In this document: positions 44,172 through 58,871 of the stretch, one piece after another
Position numbering within the stretch: the first letter of the stretch is position 1
How the letters are laid out: every line of letters begins with the position of its first letter
Source of the DNA: Eledone cirrhosa
Lineage: Eukaryota
Reading direction: 5' to 3'
Length of the DNA stretch: 64,000 nucleotides
Assembly: GCA_964016885.1 (NCBI GenBank)
Contig: OZ024763.1
Location: 5,022,001-5,086,000, forward strand
Translations under genes and position numbers: made by a program
Notes under the pieces: model-generated
The model's database searches: none
What the model was told of the DNA's origin: nothing
The model's input: the letters and a program-made list of their open reading frames with translations, nothing else

Positions 44172-44311
44172 ACACACATACAAATATATACACAGACACA
44201 TACATATTTACACACACATACATACATACACACACATATATATATATATATATACCCACACAAAAATATATACATGCAAACATACATACACAGACACATA
44301 CATATTTACAC

Positions 44312-44368
<57 letters not shown>

Positions 44369-44421
44369 CCCACACAAAAATATATACATGCAAACATACA
44401 TACACAGAGACACATACACAT

Positions 44422-44456
<35 letters not shown>

Positions 44457-44527
44457 CCCACACAAAAATATATACATGTAAACATACATACACAGACACA
44501 TACATATTTACACACACATACATACAT

Positions 44528-44560
<33 letters not shown>

Positions 44561-44637
44561 CCCACACAAAAATATATACATGCAAACATACATACACAGA
44601 GACACATACACATACACACACACGCACATACATACAT

Positions 44638-44672
<35 letters not shown>

Positions 44673-44851
44673 CCCACACAAAAATATATACATGCAAACA
44701 TACATACACAGACACATACATATTTACACACACATACATACATACACGCACACACACACATATATATATATATACTCACACAAAAATATATACATGCAAA
44801 CATACATACACAGAGACACATACACATACACACACACGCACATACATACAT

Positions 44852-44886
<35 letters not shown>

Positions 44887-44961
44887 CCCACACAAAAATA
44901 TATACATGCAAACATACATACACAGACACATACATATTTACACACACATACATACATACAT

Positions 44962-45006
<45 letters not shown>

Positions 45007-45135
45007 CACACAAAAATATATACATGCAAACATACATACACAGACACATACATATTTACACACACATACATACATACACGCACACACACACACATATATA
45101 TATATCCACACAAAAATATATACATGCATACACAC
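44172..45135. repeat. Higher-order repeat of CA/TA microsatellite (~90-115-bp units)
   Basis: Anchor TACCCACACAAAAATATATACATGCAAACATAC recurs about 9 times. Confidence 0.9.
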
Positions 45136-45442
45136 AAACATACATACACATACTAACAGAAAGATATACACATATACACATATATACTCACACAAACACA
45201 TACACACATACATACACATACATACACATACATACACATATACACACACAAACATAGGCATACACATATACACTCACAAACATACACACCCACAAACATA
45301 TACACATACAGACACATGCACAAACAGACATGCCCTCACACACAAACATATAAACACCCAAAGAAAGCCATTACAATAAATGTGACCACGAGAGCTACAC
45401 GGGAGTTACTCGAGAGTTACTCGAGAGTCTAACCCTCACCAC

Positions 45443-45716
45443 AAAATCGGTCATTTTTCTAGGTTGACTTCGTTGACTTTTAAAAACCAGAATTACTCGT
45501 TTAGTTTACATAGTCGTTTAGTTTACCCATCCTATTTATTTTATAACGTATGGGATTTCCAGTAATGTACTTTTTATTTGTCATGTATAATGTTTTTTAA
45601 TGTCTAAAGAAAATTAATTGTCGCAGGAATGCTACTATTTAAAATAAAATTTCGTTGGGGATAGATTAGCAATAATAAACGGGAGGGGGTCGGGCATTAT
45701 TCGAGACCCAAGAGTA
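45443..45716 (-). mobile_element. Partial copy of the 33-kb DNA-transposon-like element
   Basis: Homology over ~240 bp; terminus TACTCTTGGGTCTCGAATAAT. Confidence 0.65.
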
Positions 45717-45862
45717 CAAGTTTTCATCTGTAGAATACTGTGATAAATAAAGGAGTTAGATGTTGGAATTTCTTCCTAAACATTCCCAAAATCCGTTGCA
45801 AAAGGAATTCTCTGAACCCCACTATCATTGAGGTGTATGATGAGCTCAGTATTGCAAATGAT

Positions 45863-46147
45863 GAGAACGCCAGTCGACAATACATTGCTCTTCTGAGGAC
45901 AGTGTGGCTGTGTCGCCTCGTGGTAAGGGTGTTGGACTTACAGTCGTAATGTCAGGGGTTTAATTCCTGTACATGGCTCTTCTGGGGGCAGTGGAGGCGT
46001 GTGGCCTAGTGGTCAGGGGGTTGGTCTTGCGATCGTAATGTCGTGGGTTTGAATACTGTGAGAATACCAGCCGACAATACATGGCTATTCTGGGGGAAGT
46101 GGAGGCGTGTGGCCTAGTGGTCAGGGTGTTGGACGTACGGTCGTAAA
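45863..46147 (+). mobile_element. Three tandem tRNA-like SINE S2 heads
   Basis: GTGGAGGCGTGTGGCCTAGTGGTCAGGG.GTTGG repeated with a shared upstream flank. Confidence 0.75.
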
Positions 46148-46281
46148 TTTGAAGGACCTACTGATTTTACTGAACATTTGTTCAATTTTTTGGTCAAATA
46201 GCAACTAAAGTAATAATAAGCTGTTACTTCCGGTTTCCAATTATGTCAAGCAGCAATTTGGAAATAAAGAAGCGAGAGAGA

Positions 46282-46361
<80 letters not shown>

Positions 46362-46535
46362 TACTTAGAAAAGACGGACGTGCCTTACTTTTTATTAGGA
46401 CTTCGAATGCTTGAAATATGAAGAACTTTCGTTTTAAGGAAGAAACAGGCGAAGCAAATATACAATCATTTCTCTTACACACACGCACAATATATATATA
46501 TATATATATTGTGTGTGTGTGTGTGTGTGTGTGTC

Positions 46536-46595
<60 letters not shown>

Positions 46596-46945
46596 GTGCT
46601 GCTGTACGGCTTTGAGACTTGGACACTGACCAAGAAACTCACTCAGATGGTGGATGGGTGCTACACGAGAATGCTGAGGATGGCTCTGAACATTAATCAG
46701 TATACACTGAGGATGAAGAATTCAGAGATGTACGGGAGCCTCTCAAAAGTCAGCTCGAGAGTGACACAGAGGAGACTGAGGTTAGCTGGACATGCTCACC
46801 GACATCCAGAGTTGACACTGCACTCAGTCTTCCTGTGGAAGCCCCTGCATGGACACACTGGAAGAGTAAGACCGAAGTTAACATGTGTTGATGCCCTAAG
46901 GACAGACACTGGTCTGATGGAGACGCAAGCCATGGCTGACAATAT
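46596..46945 (+). pseudogene. RTE-clade LINE reverse transcriptase C-terminal region, 5'-truncated at a TA array
   Basis: VLLYGFETWTLTK...DGCYTRMLRMALN...RRLRLAGHAHRHPE...LWKPLHG..GRVRP...DALRTDTG. Confidence 0.9.
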
Positions 46946-47304
46946 GAGTGAACATTTATTTAAACTTCAATACCGGAGTCCTGTTTATGTTTAAGCACGA
47001 CACGGCAAGGTACAGTACGGATAAAAAGAGAGAAATCAGCGATGAAAGTTCACCTCAGCTTGAACCTGTTTATTTCGTCATTGTCAGGCCGAACCCCCTC
47101 TTCAAAGTGAAACATAAAAACAAAAATCGACCCCCCCCCCCAGAAAACTCTCCCCCCAAACCAAAATAAAACTGGGATATGAAAACATAGAAGATAAGGG
47201 AAGGAACAAATGTATTAAATGTCGACATCTAAGACGGCAGATGATAGTTTAGGTTGGATCTTCAGGTGAATCAACGGCTCAACACAAACCTCTCTTTTCT
47301 TCTG

Positions 47305-47387
47305 GACGACGACGGCGACGACAACAACCACGACAGCAGCAGCAGCGACAGCAACAACAACAACAACAGCAACAACAACAACAGCAG

Positions 47388-47419
<32 letters not shown>

Positions 47420-47522
47420 ACAGCAACAACGACAACAACAACAACAAAAACAACAGCAACAACAACAACAGCAACAACAATAGCAACAACGACGACAACA
47501 ACAACATCAACAACAACAAGAA
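47305..47522. repeat. (CAA/CAG/GAC)n triplet microsatellite
   Basis: Direct reading. Confidence 0.95.
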
Positions 47523-47960
47523 ACAATAAAAAGTATACTAAAAACATAGAAACAAAATGGAGACTGTTTCTGTTGTCAATTTCGTTTTACCTAGTATTAG
47601 TAATTTAATATCAACTATTCACTTCTCTCCAACACCACCTCCTTTTACCCCCTCTTTCCATACATCATTCTCTGTCTCTTCCTCTCTTTCTCTCCAACTC
47701 CCCCTCTTCTACTTGGTCCCTTCCCCCTCTCTCTATCTATCTAATACCCTCTCTCCCTCCTAAAACCATCTCTCTCATCTATCCATCTATTTAACTATAT
47801 ATCTTCCTCTCCTCATCCTCTCCTCCTCTCTCTATCCTTCTCTCTCTCCCCCCTCTCTCTCTGTCACTCTAAACCAGAGATAAGCCTCTACAATATTCTA
47901 TAGTTTATCAGACAAGGTCCAGTACACTTGCATCTATCTGTAACAATCAGAAATCACAAA

Positions 47961-48467
47961 TGTCGTGAGGGAGTCCCTGAGTTGGTGTGGTGTCGTGAGG
48001 GAGTCCTTGAGTTGGTGTGGTGGTGGGAGGGGGTCCCTGAGTTGGTGTGGTGGTGTGAGGGAGTCTCTGAGTTGGTGTGGTGGTGTGAGGGGCTCCCTGA
48101 GTTGGTGTGGTGGTGTGAGGGGGTCCCTGGGATGGCGTGGTGGTGTGAGGGGGGTCCATGAGTTGGTGTGGTGGTGTGAGGGGGGTCCTTGAGTTGGTGT
48201 GGTGGTGTGAGGGGGTCCCTGAGTTGGTGTGGTGGTGTGAGGGGGTCCCTGAGTTGGTGTGGTGGTGTGACGGGGTCCCTGAGTTGGTGTGGTGGTGTGA
48301 GGGGGTCCTTGAGTTGGTGTAGTGGTGTGAGGGAGTCCCTGAGTTGGTGTGGTGGTGTGAGGGGGTCCCTGAGTTGGTGTAGTGGTGTGAGGGGGGGTCC
48401 CTGAGTTGGTGTAGTGGTGTGAGGGAGTCCCTGAGTTGGTGTGGTGGTGCGAGGGGGGGTCCCTGAG
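47961..48467. repeat. 30-bp G-rich minisatellite, ~16 copies
   Basis: Unit TGAGGGGGTCCCTGAGTTGGTGTGGTGGTG. Confidence 0.95.
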
Positions 48468-48782
48468 AAGGTCAAGCGAGCATAATTACACGACATACAC
48501 CTATGGCATACCTCCACCTCCACCCCGAACCCTGACCCCAACTTTAATTCTTATCTCAACAGATGGTATGTATGTACACGCACACACACACACACATATA
48601 TACACACATATATACATACATACACACATGTATATATACATATAGACACATATATATGATTTGCAAATTTTTTCTATGTTACACAGTGTCATTTTAAAAC
48701 TTGCCTATGTATATATATACATACATACACACTCACATATATATATATATATATATACATACATACACACTCACACATATAT

Positions 48783-48828
<46 letters not shown>

Positions 48829-49730
48829 GTAACTTTATTTCCGTGACTTATAATCTTTACTGGGGTGAGGAGGGGGGGGGGAGATTAAAAATTGAGAAAA
48901 TAAAACAAAGAAAACAAAATTAAAAAAACGAAAAAGAAAAAGAAGGAATCAACTCTCAAACCTTATATCAAACATTTCCATAGCAACGTGTTGTAATCAA
49001 TTATATTAAGGTTAAAAGTTTATACAAAGTATATACACATACATATACACATATATATATACATATACACACACATACTCATAAAATATATACACACATA
49101 CACACATATATATATATATACACACATATATAAATATACATATACACTCACATATAAATATACACATATATATACATATACACACACACATATATATAAA
49201 TATATATACACATATATATATAAATATACATATACACTCACATAAATATACACATATATATATATACATATACACACACATATATATATATATATATTTA
49301 TATATACATATATATAAATATACATATACAGTCACACATATTAATATACATATATATATACATATACACACACACACATATATATATATATACACACATA
49401 TATATATATATACATATATATATATGTACATATACACTCACACATATAAATATACACATATATATATATACATATACACACATACACATATATAAATATA
49501 CACACACACATATATAATATAAAGACCATTATCTTATTTATAGATAGGGCGGAAGTTCCAGTGCTGTTTATTTACACATAAATGTAGTTTAAGTAATTTG
49601 ATGTAACTGATACCAAGATAAAACGTAAAGGTTTTTATTTTAATCAGCAAAAGATATTTTCCTGGGATCAAAATTACTTGAAATAATAAAGAATTTAATA
49701 TTTTGTGAAACAGAAAAAGAAAGTTTTGTT

Positions 49731-50566
49731 GGAAAGTACTATAAATGCTGTAAAAATAATGAAGGATTTTATATTGAGTCAAATATATAGAAAAATAAAG
49801 TAATGGAAAGTACTATAAATGCTGTAAAACTAATGAAGGATTTTATATTGAGTCAAATATATAGAAAAATAAAGTAATGGAAAGTAATATAAATGCTGTA
49901 AAAATAATGAAGGATTTTATATTGAGTCAAATATATAGAAAAATAAAGTAATGGAAAGTACTATAAATGCTGTAAAAATAATGAAGGATTTTATATTGAG
50001 TCAAATATATAGAAAAATAAAGTAATGGAAAGTACTATAAATGCTGTAAAAATAATGAAGGATTTTATATTGAGTCAAATATATAGAAAAATAAAGTAAT
50101 GGAAAGTACTATAAATGCTGTAAAAATAATGAAGGATTTTATATTGAGTCAAATATATAGAAAAATAAAGTAATGGAAAGTACTATAAATGCTGTAAAAA
50201 TAATGAAAGATTTTATATTGAGTCAAATATATAGAAAAAAAAAGTAATGGAAAGTACTATAAATGCTGTAAAAATAATGAAGGATTTTATATTGAGTCAA
50301 ATATATAGAAAAATAAAGTAATGGAAAGTACTATAAATGCTGTAAAAATAATGAAGGATTTTATATTGAGTCAAATATATAGAAAAATAAAGTAATGGAA
50401 AGTACTATAAATGCTGTAAAAATAATGAAGGATTTTATATTGAGTCAAATATATAGAAAAAAAAAGTAATGGAAAGTACTATAAATGCTGTAAAAATAAT
50501 GAAGGATTTTATATTGAGTCAAATATATAGAAAAATAAAGTAATGGAAAGTACTATAAATGCTATA
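49731..50566. repeat. 74-bp satellite, 11 units plus a partial
   Basis: GGAAAGTACTATAAATGCTG... recurs at 49731, 49805 ... 50545. Confidence 0.95.
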
Positions 50567-50873
50567 AATGGGAAGAAAAGGTGGGAAAGAGCAAGGATTA
50601 TTAGGCAATGAAAGAAAGGAGAAAGGAGAGAGGTTGACAGACTCCCAAATATATACAACATACAGGAAATATTATTTACTCGGTACTAAATATGACTTAA
50701 ATACAATAATAGCGCATGCGTGTGTCTGTGTGTATATCATGACTCATACACTGTTCACTTTCCTGACATTTGTATATTATTCTATGTACTATATATGCAC
50801 CTTTGATGAGTTGTAGTGCACCTGAGCACTGTACACAATAATTTTCATTATTTTTATTATAACCAAAGTCACA

Positions 50874-51125
50874 AAGAATATTTCAGTTCGTTGCCCGACA
50901 GTTCTTGCTTTTCCCTCCTTTTCCTCTCATTTGCAGCATTTATAGTACTTTCCAATTTGTTTGACTAAATATTAAATTCTTTACTATTTCTATGACAAAA
51001 TTAGATAAAAATAGTAAAGAATTTAATATTTAGTCAAACAAATTGGAAAGTACTATAAATGCTGCAAATGAGAGGAAAAGGAGGGAAAAAGCAAGAACTG
51101 TCGGGCAACGAACTGAAATATTCTT
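50874..51125. repeat. ~115-bp near-perfect inverted repeat (fold-back/MITE-like)
   Basis: AAGAATATTTCAGTTCGTTGCCCGACAG... / ...CTGTCGGGCAACGAACTGAAATATTCTT. Confidence 0.9.
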
Positions 51126-51337
51126 AGGTTTCTTTGCTTTTCACAAAAAAGATTCTAAAGATTTTAATTAAAGAAAATTCCTGTAAAAGAGGAGAAATAT
51201 TGACGTGTTACCTTACACTTTGGTATGAGGATATATTTCAATAATAACATTTGTGTTATATTAATATATGAAATATATACATGGCATTTAGACTTAATAG
51301 TTGGCAAGGATGACGAACTTGAAACAGGTGAAGAAGA

Positions 51338-52392
51338 TACCAGAGTCGGCTGAATATTTCATAGGCTGACCAAGATACTCTCATGGAATGACAAAATGAG
51401 GTTTATTTTTCAACATGCAAGATTTCACAGCTCTAGCATCACTCCTTCATAGGCTGACCAAGATACTCTCATGGAATGACAAAATGAGGTTTATTTTTCA
51501 ACATGCAAGATTTCACAGCTCTAGCATCACTCCTTCATAGGCTGACCAAGATACTCTCATGGAATGACAAAATGAGGTTTATTTTTCAACATGCAAGATT
51601 TCACAGCTCTAGCATCACTCCTTCATAGGCTAACCAAGATACTCTCATGGAATGACCAAATGAGGTTTATTTTTCAACATGCAAGATTTCACAGCTCTAG
51701 CATCACTCCTTCATAGGCTGACCAAGATACTCTCATGGAATGACAAAATGAGGTTTATTTTTCAACATGCAAGATTTCACAGCTCTAGCATCACTCCTTC
51801 ATAGGCTGACCAAGATACTCTCATGGAATGACCAAATGAGGTTTATTTTTCAACATGCAAGATTTCACAGCTCTAGCATCACTCCTTCATAGGCTAACCA
51901 AGATACTCTCATGGAATGACCAAATGAGGTTTATTTTTCAACATGCAAGATTTCACAGCTCTAGCATCACTCCTTCATAGGCTGACCAAGATACTCTCAT
52001 GGAATGACAAAATGAGGTTTATTTTTCAACATGCAAGATTTCACAGCTCTAGCATCACTCCTTCATAGGCTGACCAAGATACTCTCATGGAATGACAAAA
52101 TGAGGTTTATTTTTCAACATGCAAGATTTCACAGCTCTAGCATCACTCCTTCATAGGCTGACCAAGATACTCTCATGGAATGACAAAATGAGGTTTATTT
52201 TTCAACATGCAAGATTTCACAGCTCTAGCATCACTCCTTCATAGGCTAACCAAGATACTCTCATGGAATGACCAAATGAGGTTTATTTTTCAACATAGTT
52301 AATAAGATTAGTTGAAATTAATGGCATGGAAGATTTCACAGCCCTAGCATCATTCCATAGTCAGCCTATGAACCTTTCAGCCGACCCTCGTA
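51338..52392. mobile_element. Mariner-type MITE containing ~10.5 tandem 88-bp units
   Basis: ATAGGCTGACCAAGATACTCTC... period 88 from 51361; right TIR ...CAGCCGACCCTCGTA. Confidence 0.9.
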
Positions 52393-52404
52393 TGTATGTG
52401 TATA

Positions 52405-52449
52405 TAGCTGTCGAAACAGCCGGAGCTCAGCCGTTGGGGTCCTGAAAAT

Positions 52450-52456
<7 letters not shown>
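52405..52456 (+). mobile_element. Single diverged family A arm ending in a TA array
   Basis: TAGCTGTCGAAACAGCCGGAGCTCAGCCGTTGGGGTC. Confidence 0.7.
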
Positions 52457-52526
<70 letters not shown>

Positions 52527-52690
52527 ATATTATATATATATATTATATATATATATTATATATATATATTATATATATATATTATATATATATATTATAT
52601 ATATATATTATATATATATATTATATATATATATTATATATATATATTATATATATATATTATATATATATTATATATATATATATATAT

Positions 52691-52747
<57 letters not shown>

Positions 52748-52785
52748 ATATATTATTTATATATATATATATAATATATATATAT

Positions 52786-52819
<34 letters not shown>

Positions 52820-52890
52820 ATTATATATATATATTATATATATATATTATATATATATATTATATATATATATTATATATATATATTATG

Positions 52891-52970
<80 letters not shown>

Positions 52971-53016
52971 TATATATCACGATAGACTATCACCATAGAC
53001 TCTCGCTATCCCCTGT

Positions 53017-53070
<54 letters not shown>

Positions 53071-53144
53071 TATATTCATACACGGAACAAAATCTCTGCT
53101 TAAGATTTCACGGCCAAATATTGACCATATCTCTAGAATGTAAG

Positions 53145-53233
53145 AGTTGAAATTAATAGCGTGCAAGATTTCACAGCCCTAGCATCACTCTTTCATAGCC
53201 AGCCCATGAACCTTTTCCCGCCGACCTTCGTAT
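53145..53233. mobile_element. Mariner MITE right end
   Basis: GCAAGATTTCACAGCCCTAGCATC...CCGACCTTCGTA. Confidence 0.75.
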
Positions 53234-53533
53234 TTGACGTCTCTACCTGATGAGCTGGAAGGAGAGACCAGGTGCCAAACGAAGCGTAGAATTTCAAACT
53301 AGAACTGTAAAGATATATTCTCTGGTACGTTTAGTGTTAGATATCAAGATTCTAAGATAAGATAATATTTAAAAAACATCTGGTAGTAATGTAGCCAGCT
53401 TATTAAAATATATCAAATCAACACAGCTACACTTTTGGAAGCAATCTAAGATTATTTTAAAATGTATGCTTAATGTTAATGATGATGATGTTGTTGATGA
53501 TGTTGATTTTGGTTTCATAGATGAGCATAACGC

Positions 53534-53622
<89 letters not shown>

Positions 53623-53786
53623 AAATACATATGTATATATATATATACATATATATGTATATATATATGTGTATATATATATATGTAAATACATATGTAC
53701 ATATATATACACATATATATATATATATATGTGTATATATATATATGTGTAAATACATATGTATATATATATACATATATATATAT

Positions 53787-53832
<46 letters not shown>

Positions 53833-53868
53833 GTGTATATATATATACATATATATATATGTATATAC

Positions 53869-53911
<43 letters not shown>

Positions 53912-54252
53912 CATATGTGTATATATATATATGTGTAAATACATATGTATATATGTAAATACATATATATATATATGTAAATACATATATATATATGTAA
54001 ATACATATATATATATGTAAAGACATATGTATATACATGTGTATATATATATATATGTAAATACATATGTATATATATATATATATACATATGTGTATAT
54101 ATATATATGTAAATACATATGTATATATATATGTAAATACATATGTATATATATATATATAAATACATATGTATATATATATATATATATAAATACATAT
54201 GTATATATATATATATATATAAATACATATGTATATATATATATATAAATAC

Positions 54253-54294
<42 letters not shown>

Positions 54295-54299
54295 GTATT

Positions 54300-54357
<58 letters not shown>

Positions 54358-54443
54358 CATATGTATTTACACATATATATATATACACATATTTATATAC
54401 ATATATGTCTATACATATATATACATATATATATACATATATG

Positions 54444-54477
<34 letters not shown>

Positions 54478-54552
54478 CATATATGTATATATATATACAT
54501 ATATATATATATATACATATAAATAACATATAAACAATAAATAACACGAATT

Positions 54553-55045
54553 CAGGTGGATGAAAGGTAAGATTAACTTCGATTTCAGAACATCTAGGGA
54601 CGTAATTAAACACTACAAGGTATTTATTTGTCCGAGACAGTCTGTAAATCAATTTCCCCTTTTAATAACAATAATAATTGTTTCTATTTTAGGCACAAGG
54701 CCAGCAATTTTGTGGGAAGGGAAAGTCGATTAAATCGACCCCAGTGAATTACTGGTGCTTTATTTTGTCGAGTAAAGGGCCATACCTCTATGCTGAAAAA
54801 GCATCGTGTCTGACGCTCTACCGATTCCGCTGCCAATGTACAGACTTTTTGCTGATTTAGGCACAAGACCAACAATTTGAGAAAGACATATAGAGGAAGA
54901 ATTAACCCCAGTACTAGACTGGTACTTTTTTTATCGCCCTCGAATGGATGAAAGGCAAAGTTGATTTCGATGGGGTTTGAACTCAGAGAGCAGAGAGAAA
55001 AATAGGAATATTTTACCTGACTTTCTAATGACTCTGCCGACTCCC
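54553..55045 (-). mobile_element. Cluster of diverged SINE S1 copies
   Basis: GGATGAAAGG(C/T)AA, TTTGAACTCAG and GGCACAAGGCCAGCAAT motifs. Confidence 0.75.
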
Positions 55046-55157
55046 TGACTTTTGAATTTAATATTTAATATGATGGAAGAAATAAAATATAAAGCAAGAT
55101 TTGATGATATGGCAGTGAAACAGATAAACGTGAAAATTAGTAATATATATATATATA

Positions 55158-55468
<311 letters not shown>

Positions 55469-55831
55469 GCACCGGGTCACTTTGGGGCTCAATGAAAAGT
55501 TAATAAATTAAATAATCAGAGCTATATATCATAAAACATGCCTATAGAATCACCAGATAAAATATATACCATTTCCTCTCCCAATTAGCATAATTAACCA
55601 TATAAAAAAAATCGATTAGACCAAGCTATAAGAATAAAGGCTTCTATGAAGAAATCTCCGACAAATAACCGAAATCAGCCCTTCGCGCCGGCCGCGACGG
55701 AATATTTATCGAGTATTTCGACAGCGTGTATGAATCGCCCAGATATACAGTCAACTAAACAGAATTAGGTGTAAAATAAACTAGGAGAAAAGTGAACACA
55801 TTTAGTTACCTCTACCATATATATTACATTG

Positions 55832-55871
<40 letters not shown>

Positions 55872-56327
55872 AAGTGAGTCCTTCATCAGTGACCCTCCAA
55901 CCGTCCTCGGCATTTCATCGCTTTAAGGGCCATATGCCTCAGGTTGGTGCGAACAACGGCTAAAAAAAGTCGTTGGGACACGTAAATAAAGGGGGACGCT
56001 AGAGTAACAACAAAAAGGGTTTAAGCAACGGAAAGTGAGTAGAAATAGACAAGTCCCAGATCTCTATGAATATAAACTCTGTGAAATCGTGAACAAGAGA
56101 CGAAAGACCATCGAACCTGGTAGAAATGTGAGCAAGGAAAGAATTTCGCCCAAGTTTGACGGGGGAAAAAAGAGAGAGAGAGAGAGAGAGACAGAGAAAG
56201 GAGAGAAGAGGAAGAAGAAGAAGAAGAAGAAGAAGAATATATATATATATATATAAAGAAAAAGGGATGAAATCGAAAATGCAACTGAAGTCTTATTTTT
56301 TTTAAAAATATATATATTTATTTGGTT

Positions 56328-56365
56328 CCTTTACCGGTTTCGCAGTTCTTCTGCTTTTCAAAAGG
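56328..56365 (-). ncRNA. Minimal type I hammerhead, U3-A8 variant
   Basis: CCUU-UUGAAAA-GCAG(aagaa)CUGC-GAAAC-CG-GUA-AAGG; all three stems pair. Confidence 0.7.
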
Positions 56366-56454
56366 TGAGTTGAGATGGAGGGTCTGTGGTTTTTCTCACA
56401 TCTGGTTGGTCTCTAAATGTTACTTGTTTTATATGGAAAAACAGATTTATATAT

Positions 56455-56496
56455 AAATAACAGATTAAAGTTTAAGCAAAGAATCGCTGCTTTCAC
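56455..56496 (-). mobile_element. Family C arm fragment
   Basis: AAATAACAGATTAAAGTTTAAGCAAAGAATCGCTGCTTTCAC nearly identical to 2262-2303. Confidence 0.8.
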
Positions 56497-57025
56497 AGGA
56501 AAACTGCTATTGTAAATGATACTCGCAATTCTCTACATATTTTCTTATACGGTCAGTCCAATCTGACCCTATAATATATTCAGTGGCCTGAGGTGTTTTT
56601 AATAGATAAGGAATATAAGATTTTTAAGATAACCATAGGACATTGGGCGTTAAGATATCAGATACAGTTGGATATAAAATACGAAAAAGAATTTTTGTTT
56701 TAAACTAAGCTACAGGAGCAGCCATGTTTGTGTGGCTGGTCGAGAAGTCATCGTCCTCAAGTTTCTTCTACAATAACCTCGGTTTAACGAATGGAATTTC
56801 CTAGAATGAAAGTAAATTTCACTGACAAGGAACTGGTGAAATCAAAGCTAGAGTAGATGACGTTTTTTTTTACCTAAGATACCACGCAGTGAGACTGACC
56901 CCAAAACCATATCGTGGTGCTGTGAAGCGAATTTCTTAGACACAGCCACGTGTACTTCAAACCTGAAAATTTGACGTAACATTAAAGAGTTTCAACATGA
57001 ATTTACCAACAATGATTCTATGTAA

Positions 57026-57100
<75 letters not shown>

Positions 57101-57104
<4 letters not shown>

Positions 57105-57262
57105 GAAAAATTGAACAGGGACAGAACAGAGAGGCAGTACGATAAATGTTTATTAAATTCACGCTCAGGAGAGTGGGGGGTAGGTGGGGGACGACGTTTC
57201 GGGCATAAGCCCTTCTTCAGGTGAGAGTTCAAAAGGTGTGTAGGGGAGTGGTGGAGAGACAT
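57101..57262 (-). mobile_element. Family D element with minimal hammerhead core (57190-57220), ending in a TA array
   Basis: CUGAAGA-A-GGGC(uuau)GCCC-GAAACGUC; homologous to 7400-7530 and 26131-26206. Confidence 0.75.
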
Positions 57263-57366
57263 ATAGCGAAAGGAAACGGTGCGAATGAAAAATTAACAAA
57301 TAAAGACAAAAATATAATAAATAATAAATAAAAATAAAGCATGATCAAAATACAAGGAATGAGAAA

Positions 57367-57440
<74 letters not shown>

Positions 57441-57666
57441 ACTTAGAGGATAGTGTAAAAAGGTAACATGTAGATTTATCTAAAGTAAACATCTGGATAG
57501 GAGGAAAAAAAGTGGAAAAAAAACAAAAGTCTCCATAACATTTTCTGGCTGACATAATTTTAAAGAAAGTTCCTTTGTTTAACTAACTTAAAAATACCAA
57601 CAACTGTTGTAAATGTGTTAGTTTAACTACAGATATGTGCATGGGACACATATCTAAAGCAAGTGA

Positions 57667-57741
<75 letters not shown>

Positions 57742-57816
57742 TATACATACACATATATATACATACACATATATATATATGTATATATATATATATCCAC
57801 ATATATATATATACAC

Positions 57817-57847
<31 letters not shown>

Positions 57848-57862
57848 CACATATACATACCC

Positions 57863-57897
<35 letters not shown>

Positions 57898-57926
57898 TAT
57901 ATATATCCACATATATATATATACAC

Positions 57927-57957
<31 letters not shown>

Positions 57958-57970
57958 CACATATACATAC

Positions 57971-58019
<49 letters not shown>

Positions 58020-58022
58020 TAC

Positions 58023-58087
<65 letters not shown>

Positions 58088-58509
58088 GAAGGAAAGTGGT
58101 ACAAAGAGAATTAAATTGAAGAGAAGAAGAACGACTATTTATTGTATGTAATTCTGAGTTGTAATTAAACGTCTGGTCTGATGGTGAGGCGACCCAGTAA
58201 CTGAGTAAATGTCAGCCGAGTCTGGAATAAATGTTGACATTACATCTCTACAGACAAACCAACATGAGACCCAAACATCCTCTTTAACATATACAAACAC
58301 TCATAAACTTTTCTCTTCAAATAATGTAGAATATGATAGAAAATAGAAGATAAAATAAAATGAAATGAAATAAAATAAGAATAAAAATGTGTTTTGTATT
58401 TGGAGATATTTTGGAAGTTCCGTGCTGAGAAAGACACACCCCAGTCATTTAGAAATAATTCTTCACACTAAACGGTCAAGCTATTAAGAAGTGTTTGTAT
58501 ATATATATA

Positions 58510-58871
58510 TATACTTGGGGAGGGTCATATTTGTGTAATAATATTGCCAGAATTAATAACAGAACACACTCACTGTTTGGTTGGTTTTCGCTTCTGTGTC
58601 TTTTATATCGGTTAATTTAATTTATTCGGTCCTCAATGTTACCATATCTGTATTTTTTATCGTTAGTCAGTCAATGGTAACATTGAGGACCGAATAAATT
58701 AAATTAACCGATATAAAAGACACAGAAGCGAAAACCAACCAAACAGTGAGTGTGTTCTCTTATTAATTCTGGCAATATTATTACAACAATATGACCCTCC
58801 CCAAGTATAACAATATTTGTTTCGACACACGATTTCATATAAAAAACCTCGCAAAACTAATTCATCGCCGT

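Noticed and set aside
45900-46147. tRNA genes
   Set aside because: A/B boxes are present but no complete cloverleaf; these are SINE heads
47961-48467. Telomere-like G-rich repeat
   Set aside because: 30-bp unit with no TTAGGG periodicity; an ordinary minisatellite
55872-55885. Minus-strand CUGAUGA next to a TA array
   Set aside because: No GAAA or stem III follows; cannot be distinguished from chance
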